A stretch of DNA of 64,000 nt from Bacillota bacterium (GTDB taxonomy: Bacteria; Bacillota; Clostridia; Christensenellales; JAEXRW01), in contig JAEXRW010000040.1 in NCBI GenBank assembly GCA_023454175.1, forward strand, positions 1,925 through 65,924, in the 5' to 3' direction. Each line of letters opens with the position of its first letter. Position 1 is the first letter of the stretch. Of this stretch, positions 8,376-18,000 are shown in pieces. A program made the position numbers and the translations under genes. The notes under the pieces were generated by a model that was not told the origin of the DNA, did not search any database, and was given only the letters and a program-made list of their open reading frames with translations.

Positions 8376-9986
8376 TTATACTTTCACTTTTTCCCGTTCA
8401 GGTTTCCCGGATGGGACCTTGGGGGCAGGGCCGAAGTTTGAGACCCCGTCGTAATCGATGTTCGTCATCTGGAAGTTGGGGTAGGCCAGGGCCCCCATCT
8501 CGGGGATATCCAGCCCGGCGATCTCCGCTTCCTTCTTCACGCGGATGCCCATGATCTTGTCGAGCGCCTTGTAGAAGAGCCAAGATGTCCCCACGCCCCA
8601 GATGATGAGCGCCGCGATGCAGATCAGCTGCGCATAGAACTGGCCGGGGTCGCCGTAGAAGAGGCCCTTGACCGGTCCCGTTACGCCGTTGAAGCCGTCG
8701 CCGTATGTGCCGTCCGCGAAGAGCCCCAGCGCCAGGATGCCCCAGATACCGTTCACGCCGTGCACCGAGATGGCGCCCACCGGGTCGTCGATCTTGCATT
8801 TCTTTTCAAAGAACACAACGGCCAGGCACACCAGGATGCCGGCGATCGCGCCGATCGCCACCGCGGCGATGCTGTTGACGAAGGCGCAGGGTGCCGTGAT
8901 GGCCACCAGCCCCGCCAGGGCGCCGTTGCATGTCATGGATACGTCGGGCTTGCCGTAGCGCGCCCACATGTAGAACATCGCCACCAGGCCGCCGATCGCG
9001 CCCGCCAGCATGGTGTTCGTCGCCACCACCGCCAGGCGGAAGTCCTGCCCGTTCAGCGTGCTGCCCGCGTTGAATGCAAACCAGCAAAAGAAAAGGATGA
9101 TCGTGCCCAGCACCGCCATGGGGATGTGGTGCCCCGGGAAAGCGTTGGGCGTCCCGTCCTTTTTGAATTTCCCGATGCGCGGTCCGATGATGATCGCGGA
9201 GGCAAAAGCCATCATGCCGCCCATGCCGTGCACTACCGAGGAGCCTGCGAAGTCCAGTGCGCCGTGCCCAAGGCCGAAGTTGCTGCCCAGCGTGGCCAGC
9301 CAGCCGCCGCCCCACATCCAGTTGCCGAAGATGGGGTAGTAGATCATGGATACGAAGAACGAGCCCACGACGATCGCGGAGTATTTCACGCGTTCCGCCA
9401 TCGCGCCCGTGGGGATGGTGCAGGTGGTATCCATAAATACCATCTGGAAGAAAAAGAGTGCGAAGATGCCCGCGTCATAGCCGCTGCCCGAGAGCAGGAA
9501 GCCTTTGTACCCCAGGATCCCGCCGAATCCGGGGATCACGAGCTCCCCGTTCAGTCCTGCAGTGCCTGCGCCCAGGTTCGCGTTGCCCCCGGAGCCGCCG
9601 AATTGCAGGGCGAAACCCACCAGGTAATAGCCGAGTGCGCCCACCAGGAAGACCATCAGATTCATGCCCATGGTGTGCAGCGCGTTTTTGGCCTGTGTGA
9701 AGCCCGTTTCCACCAGGGCAAATCCCGCCTGGAAGAAGAATATCAGCATGCCGCAGATCAGGACCCACACGTAATTGATGCCGACCTTGTTTTTGCCCAC
9801 CTGGTCCGCCAGTTCATCCACCGTCGGCTGGCCCGCGGTCGCCGCGGTCACGTTCGCCACGCCGCCCGTGTTGGCCCCGCCTGGGTCCGCCGTGGAAGTA
9901 TCCGGTGAGATCAGGATTGAAAGAACGATGCCGCCTGCGATGACCAGCAGAAAAACGATCAATAATATCACATTGCGCTTTTTCAT
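8376..9986 (-). CDS. amt: ammonium transporter (Amt family) with N- and C-terminal extensions
   Basis: AGFALVETGFTQAKN and other Amt signature stretches; about 11-12 TM; SD GGGAGGGG upstream of ATG 9986. Confidence 0.95.
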   Translation of the reverse strand: MKKRNVILLIVFLLVIAGGIVLSILISPDTSTADPGGANTGGVANVTAATAGQPTVDELADQVGKNKVGINYVWVLICGMLIFFFQAGFALVETGFTQAKNALHTMGMNLMVFLVGALGYYLVGFALQFGGSGGNANLGAGTAGLNGELVIPGFGGILGYKGFLLSGSGYDAGIFALFFFQMVFMDTTCTIPTGAMAERVKYSAIVVGSFFVSMIYYPIFGNWMWGGGWLATLGSNFGLGHGALDFAGSSVVHGMGGMMAFASAIIIGPRIGKFKKDGTPNAFPGHHIPMAVLGTIILFFCWFAFNAGSTLNGQDFRLAVVATNTMLAGAIGGLVAMFYMWARYGKPDVSMTCNGALAGLVAITAPCAFVNSIAAVAIGAIAGILVCLAVVFFEKKCKIDDPVGAISVHGVNGIWGILALGLFADGTYGDGFNGVTGPVKGLFYGDPGQFYAQLICIAALIIWGVGTSWLFYKALDKIMGIRVKKEAEIAGLDIPEMGALAYPNFQMTNIDYDGVSNFGPAPKVPSGKPEREKVKV

Positions 9987-10001
9987 TGTTACCCCTCCCG
10001 T

Positions 10002-10292
10002 CTATTTGCTTTTACTTTGTTTTTTAAAATTGCTCCAGGAAAATTCCTTGCCCTCGAGCTTCTTGCTCATTTTCATCGTGGACAGGAAAAAACGTACCCC
10101 CAGGAAGATCACCACGGCTGCGAAGATAAAGCCGGGGATGTCGGCGTTCAATACTTTGAAGCTCACTCCATTGAGTATTGAGTAGACCGCGAAGCCCGCG
10201 CCCAGCATCGTGATGATGGTGGATCCCGCGAAGAGTGCGATCACCGCGGCCAGTTTTCCGCCGTTATGCTTTTTCATTTCATATTGCGTCAT
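10002..10292 (-). CDS. 96-aa two-TM membrane protein wedged between glnK and amt
   Basis: ATG 10292 has SD GGGGGAA 7 nt upstream and overlaps the glnK 3' end by 14 nt. The stop lies 15 nt before the amt ATG. Lys-rich C-tail. No family recognised. Confidence 0.6.
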   Translation of the reverse strand: MTQYEMKKHNGGKLAAVIALFAGSTIITMLGAGFAVYSILNGVSFKVLNADIPGFIFAAVVIFLGVRFFLSTMKMSKKLEGKEFSWSNFKKQSKSK

Positions 10293-10617
10293 CGCCGTGT
10301 TCCCCCGTCCTGATGCGTATTGCGTCGATGACGTCGTAGATGAAGATTTTGCCGTCCCCGATGTTGCCCGTGCGGATGCGCTCCAGCAGCAGCTCCACCA
10401 GCGGGCTCACCGTCTGGTCCTTCACCACGGTTTCCACCTTCACCTTGGGCAGCAGGTTGATGTCGTAGGCCACCCCGCGGTACATCTCCCGCCTGCCTTT
10501 CTGCGTGCCGCACCCCGAGACCATGCTCACGGTGATGCCTTTGATATCCAGCTCCCGCAGCGTTTCCTTCACGTCCTCGAGTTTTTCCGGCCGTGTGATG
10601 AGTTCGATCTTCTTCAT
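10279..10617 (-). CDS. glnK: P-II nitrogen regulatory protein
   Basis: Track ORF is 10279..10656. Start moved to ATG 10617 (MKKIELITRPEKLEDVKETL, SD GGGAGG). T-loop region GCGTQKGRREMYRG; C-terminal GDGKIFIY. Confidence 0.95.
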   Translation of the reverse strand: MKKIELITRPEKLEDVKETLRELDIKGITVSMVSGCGTQKGRREMYRGVAYDINLLPKVKVETVVKDQTVSPLVELLLERIRTGNIGDGKIFIYDVIDAIRIRTGEHGDDAI

Positions 10618-10715
10618 TTGATGGACACCTCCCTTTCTTTCTGTGTGTGTATACACACTCCTTGCGGCGGCTGTTCGCCCATGGTCTGTCTAGCACTGTA
10701 ACGCGTTTGACCCGG

Positions 10716-10753
10716 AATAAACAAAAGGCGCTTTTGTTTTTCACAAAAGCGCC
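10716..10753 (-). terminator. terminator-like hairpin inside the glnK leader (possible attenuator)
   Basis: Minus strand reads GGCGCTTTTG (rc of 10744-10753)/CAAAAGCGCC (rc of 10727-10736) followed by TTTTGTTTATT. It sits ~100 nt upstream of the glnK ATG. Confidence 0.5.
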
Positions 10754-10814
10754 ATCGCTTTCACAGCACGGGTCGATGCTCCCCCATCGGGGGGCATGCG
10801 GGTCGTAGGATCAA

Positions 10815-10871
10815 TATAAATAAAGGGTGCTTCTCAATTGAATAGTCTTTGAGAAGCACCCTTGCTTTTTT
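10815..10871. terminator. bidirectional intrinsic terminator
   Basis: 13-bp stem GGGTGCTTCTCAA (10825-10837)/TTGAGAAGCACCC (10849-10861). T-run TTGCTTTTTT on plus, TTTATTTAT on minus. Confidence 0.7.
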
Positions 10872-10934
10872 ACATGGATCGTGTGGCGGGTATTTTCCCG
10901 CCAGTTTAAATGGGTTCTTGCAGTTTCCTTCCCT

Positions 10935-10976
10935 GAAAACAAGAATGGCGCTTCAACGCTTTTGTTGAAACGCCAT
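10935..10976 (-). terminator. intrinsic terminator downstream of the methyltransferase gene
   Basis: Stem ATGGCGCTTCAAC (10945-10957)/GTTGAAACGCCAT (10964-10976, one bulge). Minus strand then reads TCTTGTTTTC. Confidence 0.65.
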
Positions 10977-11144
10977 AGTTTCCAGCCGGTTTTGATGGCA
11001 CTATTATATATGCCTATTTTGCACCTGTCAATACCCTATATTGCACTTTTATTAAATATTTCAAGTCATTTATGCTAATTATGAATAATGTACTTTGCAT
11101 TCCTGCATTTCTTGCCTTGCGTATGATACAGCCATGCTTCCCGG

Positions 11145-11978
11145 TCACCGTTTCTGAAGAAGTACCGCCATCGTCTTCCCCTCGTCCGCGTATGGTTCAC
11201 CGGCGATGTCATCGTACCAGCCGATTGCGCTGAACCCCGCTCCCTCCGCCTCTGCCAGCATGCTTTCCCGCGTGAAGCAATGGTGCCAGATATGGTACGC
11301 CTTCGTCTCCTTCCCGGTAATAACAACATTCAGGTTCAGAAGCGTGTGGTCCTCGTACCTGCGCCGTGCGTTCAGGCAGATGTAAGGCTCCGCGCTCCAG
11401 AATCCCCCGTTTTCGCACAGCTCCCATGTCTGCCCCTCCGTGGATTCGTCGTATTCCCGGATGGTGCTCACATCCAGCAGGAACCGTCCGCCCGGGAGCA
11501 GGCAGTTATACACCTTGCCCATCAATCGTTTCCGGTCCTCCGCGGAGAGCGCGCAGTAGTCGCAGTAGATCATCACCGCCGCGTCATATACCGCTTTCGG
11601 TGCCCACTCCAGGTAGTTTGCCTGCAGGTAGGTGATGGGCAGGTCCATATCCTTTGCGGTTTGAATGGCATGGTCGATGGACCGTCTGGAGAAATCTAAC
11701 CCGGTAACGGCGTACCCGGCTTTTGCGAACCGCTGCGCATACAGTCCCGGCCCGCACCCCAGATCAAGTAACCTTGGATATTTGGAGGGCGGTATAACTG
11801 TACTGATCCATTCCGCCGACCGGTCCATGAAGCCCGGTTTCCGGCTGGCCAGCTCCTCATCCGGGTCCAGGTGCGTCTCCAGCAGCTTCTTGGAGATGTG
11901 CTCGTCCGTCCAGAAGTTGGACACGTCTTTGGTGTAGATCGGGGGATACTTCAGGTGTGTGGCAAGCAGGTCGAACAT
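11145..11978 (-). CDS. class I SAM-dependent methyltransferase
   Basis: Motif I LLDLGCGPGLYA, post-I GLDFS, LLPGGRFLLD. SD AAGGAG. Confidence 0.85.
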   Translation of the reverse strand: MFDLLATHLKYPPIYTKDVSNFWTDEHISKKLLETHLDPDEELASRKPGFMDRSAEWISTVIPPSKYPRLLDLGCGPGLYAQRFAKAGYAVTGLDFSRRSIDHAIQTAKDMDLPITYLQANYLEWAPKAVYDAAVMIYCDYCALSAEDRKRLMGKVYNCLLPGGRFLLDVSTIREYDESTEGQTWELCENGGFWSAEPYICLNARRRYEDHTLLNLNVVITGKETKAYHIWHHCFTRESMLAEAEGAGFSAIGWYDDIAGEPYADEGKTMAVLLQKR

Positions 11979-12000
11979 CTTTGCAGCTCCTTTACTCCGA

Positions 12001-12031
12001 ATTGAAAAGCCGCAGGTTTGGTCCTGCGGCT
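12001..12031 (-). terminator. intrinsic terminator of the giant surface-protein gene
   Basis: Stem AGCCGCAGG (12008-12016)/CCTGCGGCT (12023-12031). Minus strand then reads TTTTCAAT. Confidence 0.7.
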
Positions 12032-12051
12032 TGTACGTAACTTGACGTGTT

Positions 12052-15000
12052 TCAACTGTCTGTTTCCGTTTTCCTTGTCCTGCGCATCCGGTGCAGCGTC
12101 AGTGCGATGAGCAGCCCGGCGAAGATCAGCAGGATGCTGCCGATCACGATATAGTCATACGATGGGTCCGCCGTGGCCCCGCCCGAGCCTTTGTATACGC
12201 CCGCGTCAATGGTCACGTTGTTGTCGCCCGAGACCAGGTCCACCGGCGTCGTGTCTCCGTTCACATCCGCATTGCTGTCCGTTCCGCTGGCGGGGTCCGT
12301 CCCTGTGATGGTAAATACATACCCCGGCGGCAGGATGAATTTCACGCGGTAGTCTCCCGGCATGAGGCCTGTGAACATGTAGTCGCCCTTGGCGTCCGTT
12401 ACCGTCGTCCCCACCAAGTTCCCTTCGCTGTCATAGAGCAGCACCGTCACGCCCTTCACGCCTTTTTCCTTCTTGTCCTGGATGCCGTCCTTGTCCGTGT
12501 CGATCCATATCCGGCTCCCCAGCGCAGCCAGCTTGTACAGCCCCGCGTCCCACGTCATATCGCTCTGCCCCGTTGCCAGGCTGGTGAGCACGCTCTTGCC
12601 TGTGGTGGTATCCATGTCGCTGTCCAGCGCGTCGTCGCTTCCTGCGTCTTTGGGTGTGAATCCGGCATAGGCGGCAGGTTTCGTCACCTGGACGGAGTAA
12701 TCGCCCGGGGTCAGCTGCGTGAAGCTGTAATGCCCGCCCGCGTCCGTCGTCGCCGTGCGCAGCTGTACGCCGGCGGAGCTGAGCAGTTTAACGGTGACGC
12801 CGGGGATCCCCGCCTCTCCCGCGTCCTGGATGCCGTTGATGTTGAAATCATCCCACACCGTATCCCCCAGGGATGCATAGTAGTAGATGCCCGCGTCCCG
12901 CGTCAGGTCGTTCTGCCCCGATGCCAGGGCAAACGCCGCAGTTTTCCCGGTGCTGGTGTTTGCATCGCTGTCTGTGGCGTCATTGGTGCCCGCGTCCTGC
13001 AGGGTGGTATAGGCTCCGTTTACCGGCAGCGCGAAGTGGACGGAGTAGTTGCCGGGCGCGAGGTTCGGGAAGAGGTATTTCCCGTCCGTATCCGTTGTCG
13101 TGGTTGCGAGCGGGCTGCTTGCGCCCAGCTTGTGCGCGCCGTAGGATACGGTTTCGCTGTACAGCCTTACGGTGATGTTGGGCACGCCTGCTTCATCCGC
13201 GTCCTGCAGGCCATCCAGGTTGTCATCATGCCAGACGAAATCGCCCAAGCTCGCGTAATGGTACACGCCCGCGTCCCATGTCCAGTCCCGCTGCCCAGCC
13301 GCCAGGGTGATGGTTCCCGTACGGCCCGAACTGTTCACGTCGCTGTCCTTGGCGTTGTCGCTGCCTGCGTCACGCGCGGTGAATGCGTCATAGCCCGCTG
13401 GCTTGCTGACGGATATGAAATATTGCCCCGCATCCACGTCTATGAATGCGTAGTATCCGGCCGTGCTGGACGGCCCGCCGGTGATGGTCGTAGTGGATGC
13501 CACCAGGCTGTCGTCGCCCGCCGCGCGCAGTTCCACCGTCACATCGTTGATGCCCGTTTCCCCCGCGTCCTGGATGCCGTTTCCGTTGGCGTCGTGCCAG
13601 ATATAGTCGCCCAGCGCCGCCCTGTGCATCCCCGCGTCCCACGTCAGTTCCGTTTCCTCCGGGGACAGGGTGGTGTTTGCCGTATATCCGGTCGAGGTGT
13701 TTGCATCGCTATCCCTGGCGTCATTCCCGCCCGCGTCCTGCGTGCTGAATGCGTATCCGGCGGGCAGTGTGAATTTCGCATAATAGGTACCCGCCATCAG
13801 GTGGTCAAAGGAATAATATCCGCCTGCGTCCGTCGTATCCGTCCCGGCTGTCGTATCGTCCCCCGTCAGTGCGGTCCCGTCCGGCCCCGCGCTGTAAAGC
13901 GTAACGGCCACGCCCGGGATGCCGCCTTCCCCTGTATCTTGTATGCCGTCCGCGTTGAGGTCGTTCCATACGAAGTCTCCATAGGAGGCCATCATGTATA
14001 TCCCGGCGTCATTTGTCCAGTCCCGCTGCCCCGCCGCGAGGGTAATGGTGCCCGTTACGCCGGAACTGTTCACATCGCTGTCTTTGGCGTCATCCCCTGC
14101 ATTCCGCAGCGTGAAAAGGTCGTCCCCGGATGGCTTGATGACGGTGATGGTATACTGGCCGGCCGGGAGGTCGAGGAATTCATAGTATCCGGTGGCACTG
14201 GAAGGCCCTCCCGTCGCCGTTGTGGTGCTGGCGATAAGGCCGCCGCCAGGCGCCGCGTGGAGTTCTACGGTCACGCCGTTGATGCCCGCCTCCCCCGTAT
14301 CCTGGATGCCGTTGGCATTGATGTCATACCACACGTAGTCGCCCAGCGCCGCCTTGTGGATCCCGGCGTCCCACGTGTCGTCATATTCGTCGTATGCCAG
14401 GCTGGTGGCGGCCGTGTAACCGGTCGAGGTGTCCGCGTCGCTGTCCGTTGTATCCGCCGTTGCGTTCGCCGGGGAGAAAGCATAGCCTGTCGGCAGGGTA
14501 AATCCGATATAATAGGAGCCCGGCGTCAGGTGGTCGAAAAGGTACGCTCCGCTGGCGTTCGTCGTCGCGGTCCCCGCCGTTGTATCGTCGCCGGTGTGCG
14601 GCGTCCCGTCCTCTCCTACGTTATAGAGTGTGACGGTCACGCCCGAAACGCCTGTCTCGCCTGTATCCTGCACGCCGTCGGCGTCCATGTCGTTCCATAC
14701 GAAATTCCCGATGCTGGGCTGCTTGTACATCCCCGCGTCCCGCGTCAGGTCGATCTCACCCGCATCCTGGGTGAATGTGGCCGATGCGCCCGTTGCGTCC
14801 ACGTCGCTGTCCTTCGCGTCATCGCCGCCCGCATCTGCTGAGGTGAATGTGTCATAACCTGCGCCCAGCGTCATCTTGACGGAGTAGTTCCCCGCGTCCA
14901 AATCGGTGAACTGATAGGATCCCGAAGCATTTGTATTTGTCGTTCTGAGGGGCGTCGGGTTGCCGTTCAGGTACAGGGCTACGGGGATGTTGTTGACGCC

Positions 15001-18000
15001 CGTTTCCCCGGTATCCTGTATGCCGTTCCCGTTTCCGTCATGCCATACGAAATCCCCGATGATCCCCTTGTGGATGCCGGCGTCCCAGGAGGTATCGTTG
15101 GCATTCGGCCCCAGGTAGGATGTGACCGCCGTATAGCCCGTGCTGGTGTCCGCGTCGCTGTCCGTCGTATCCGCCGTCGCGTCCGCCGGGGAGAATACAT
15201 AGTTGGCGGGCAGCGTGAAGAGCAGGTAGTACCGGCCCAGTTCCAGGCTTGTGAAGGTGTAGATCCCGCTCGCGTTCGTCTGCTTTGTCCCCACCAGCGT
15301 ATCGTCGCCGGTCAGGGCGGTATTGTCCGCGCCCGCGTTGTAGCAGGTCACGGTTACGTTGGCCACGCCCGTCTCCCCGCCATCCTGTATGCCGTTGGCG
15401 TTGATGTCCTTCCATACCCGGTCGCCGAGCCTGGGCAGACGGTACATCCCCGCGTCCCGCGTCATGTCCCATTCCCCCGCGTCCTGCGTGAAAACGGCTG
15501 AAACGCCTGTGGCGTCCGTGTCGCTGTCCTTGGTGTCATCCGCTCCCTGGTCCTGCAGGGCAAACCTGTATTCCAATGGCAGTGTTGCGGTGACGGTTAT
15601 GTAATAATCTCCCGCATCCAGCTCGGTGAAAAGGTAGTTTCCCGAGCTGTTCGTCGTGGTCGTGCCCACCGTCGTGTCGTCCCCGGTATATGGCGTTGTG
15701 TCCGGCCCTACGCCATGCAGGACCACGGTGGCGCCCGGGATATTGGCCTCCCCGTTGTCCTGGATGCCGTTGTTGCTGTTGTCGTTCCATACGCGGTCCC
15801 CCACCCGGCCCTTGTGCATGCCGCAGTCCCAGCTTATATCGTCCTCGCCCGACTGCAGGGTGGTCGTGATGGTCCAGCCCGTGGCATCCGCATCGCTGTC
15901 CGTCCCGTCGTTTCCGCCTGCGTCCTGTGGAGACATTGCATAGTTTGCCGGGAGCGTAAAGTGTACCTTGTAGTCGCCCGGTGCCAGGTTGTCAAAGGTA
16001 TAGATTCCGGAGCTGTTCGTCGTCTTATCCGTTACCGGATTCCCGTCCGCGTCGGTCACAGGGTCGCCCGAGGCGTCCGCCAGGGAGACCGTTACACCCT
16101 GGATGTTGGGTTCACCGCCGTCCTGTATTCCGTCCGCATCCTGGTCGTTCCATACCCGGTCGCCGATGCTGGCGGGTATGTAAAGGCCCGCGTCCATGTC
16201 CATGTTATCGCTGGACAGCGTGATGGTCCTTGTTTCTCCCGTATAGAAGCTCCCTGCATGCGAAGCACCGGTGTCCAGGTCCGAATCTGCAGCGTCGTTG
16301 GAGCCGCCCCCCGTCCGGTAGACCGTTGCGCGGTAGCTGTCGGGGTATGTAAATGTCATGAAATAGTTCCCGCTCGGCAGGTCGGGGAAAAGGTACCATC
16401 CGGCTCCCTGTCCCGCCTCGTCGAAATGGTCGCCTGTCCGTGTATAGGCGAGGGGTTCGTCCGTATCCGGGTCGGCCCCGCCGTTGAATAGCTTGATGAG
16501 CACGCCATTGATGCCCGGCTCCCCCGTATCCTGGATGCCGTTGCGGTTTTTGTCCTCCCATACACGGTTGCCCAGGTTCAGCGGCTCCTCGTTGTGGATC
16601 TCGAATCCCACCTTCTGCGGTTCGGAGGGCAGGAATGGCTGGTCGATCTCCGCTTCGTCGGCATAGTCTTCGTATGTGGCACCGTAGCCAAAGCTGTTCC
16701 AGGCCACCAGCCCCGGCGTCGTGCCGTAGGGCGCGCGCATGGGCCATTCAAAGGTGACCGAGTCGTTGGGCTGCAGTACCGTATCCCCCAGGTCTATTTT
16801 GATGGACCGCACCGTGGTGATGTCCGCCGGTGGTGTCTCCGTCCACCCGTCCCCGCCCGAGCCGTTGTTGTTGGCCGGGTCCGCCAGCTCCGTGCACGAG
16901 GGGTTCGCGTTGGTACTGTAATAGATTTTATAATCGTCCAGCAGTCCCGCGCCGGCCACGCACGTGATCTCGTTCACCAGGTAGGGCCGCCACTGCGACT
17001 CCCTCGCGGTGGGATCCACCACGCCTGTGTCCCCGATGCGCGGTAGTTTGTCGATCAGCACGATGTTGGAGATGGGTCCGTTCGAGCCGCTGTTTCTCAC
17101 CGTCAGCCGGTAGTCCGCCTTGCCGCCCGCCACGGTCTCCCCCAGGCCGGGGCTGGCGAGCGTATAATGGTGCCACGCGCTGTCCAGTTCGCCCTTCACC
17201 CATTTCTGCGACTCCAGGCTCCCCTGGAATTTTACGAAGATGTCCCGGGTCGCCGGCACCATGATGTCGTCGGTGTGTCCGTCCCCGTCCAGGTCTTCTG
17301 TATCGGTGGTGCGCCCCGTATAGGGTTTGATGTTGTTGGTGATATCCGTTGTCAGGTAATAGGTGTTGCGCACGCTGCCCACCAGGGTCTGGTCCTTGAT
17401 GCGTGCCGAGAATTTGATATCGTAATACTGCCCCGGTTCCAGTGTCACGGGGTCCATCGTGCTCCCGATACGCCATACGTAGACCGGCCTCCCCGCGCTG
17501 TCCGTTTTGGTGGAGGTCATCGCGCCCGGGGTGAAATTCGTCCCCGTCGGCGCGGGCAGTCCGCTGCTCCCCGTCACGCTGATGAACTGCGGGTCTTCCA
17601 GCTGCACCGGCAGCGCCTCGATGGCGATGGGGTTCGTCAGGTTCCCTGTGGCGTAGTCGTGGTTCTTCACGCGCAGCGTGTAGGTCACGCGCGTCCCGTA
17701 GTAATACGTGGCTGCGTCCGCGCTCTTGGAGGGGTTCAGCCAGGGGATGGCGTTGATGATATCAAAATGCGCGCTGGCGTTGATCACATGCTCCGATCCG
17801 CCGTAGCTCCAGTGCAGGTACGCGTAGTTCGTTACCGTATGGGGCAGCGGGTCGGGGCTGGGGTCCAGCACCGTTCCCCGTATCTCCATGGACTGGTAGG
17901 GTGCGAAGCCCACCGGCACGTGCGTCGTCCCGTCCCCGAAGTCCCATTTCAGGTTTGTGATGGTGTCGCCGGGGGTGAGCCCCAGGTCCGCCACATACAG

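Noticed and set aside
8760-9908. 382-aa plus-strand ORF opposite amt
   Set aside because: Antisense to an unmistakable Amt transporter. Composition artefact.
12091-14841. 916-aa plus-strand ORF, and the 17167..18354 and 18703..19218 ORFs, opposite the giant surface-protein gene
   Set aside because: They are antisense to a gene with clear domain repeats. Their Arg/Gly/Val/His-rich composition is typical of stop-free antisense frames in high-G+C DNA. No SD or motif.
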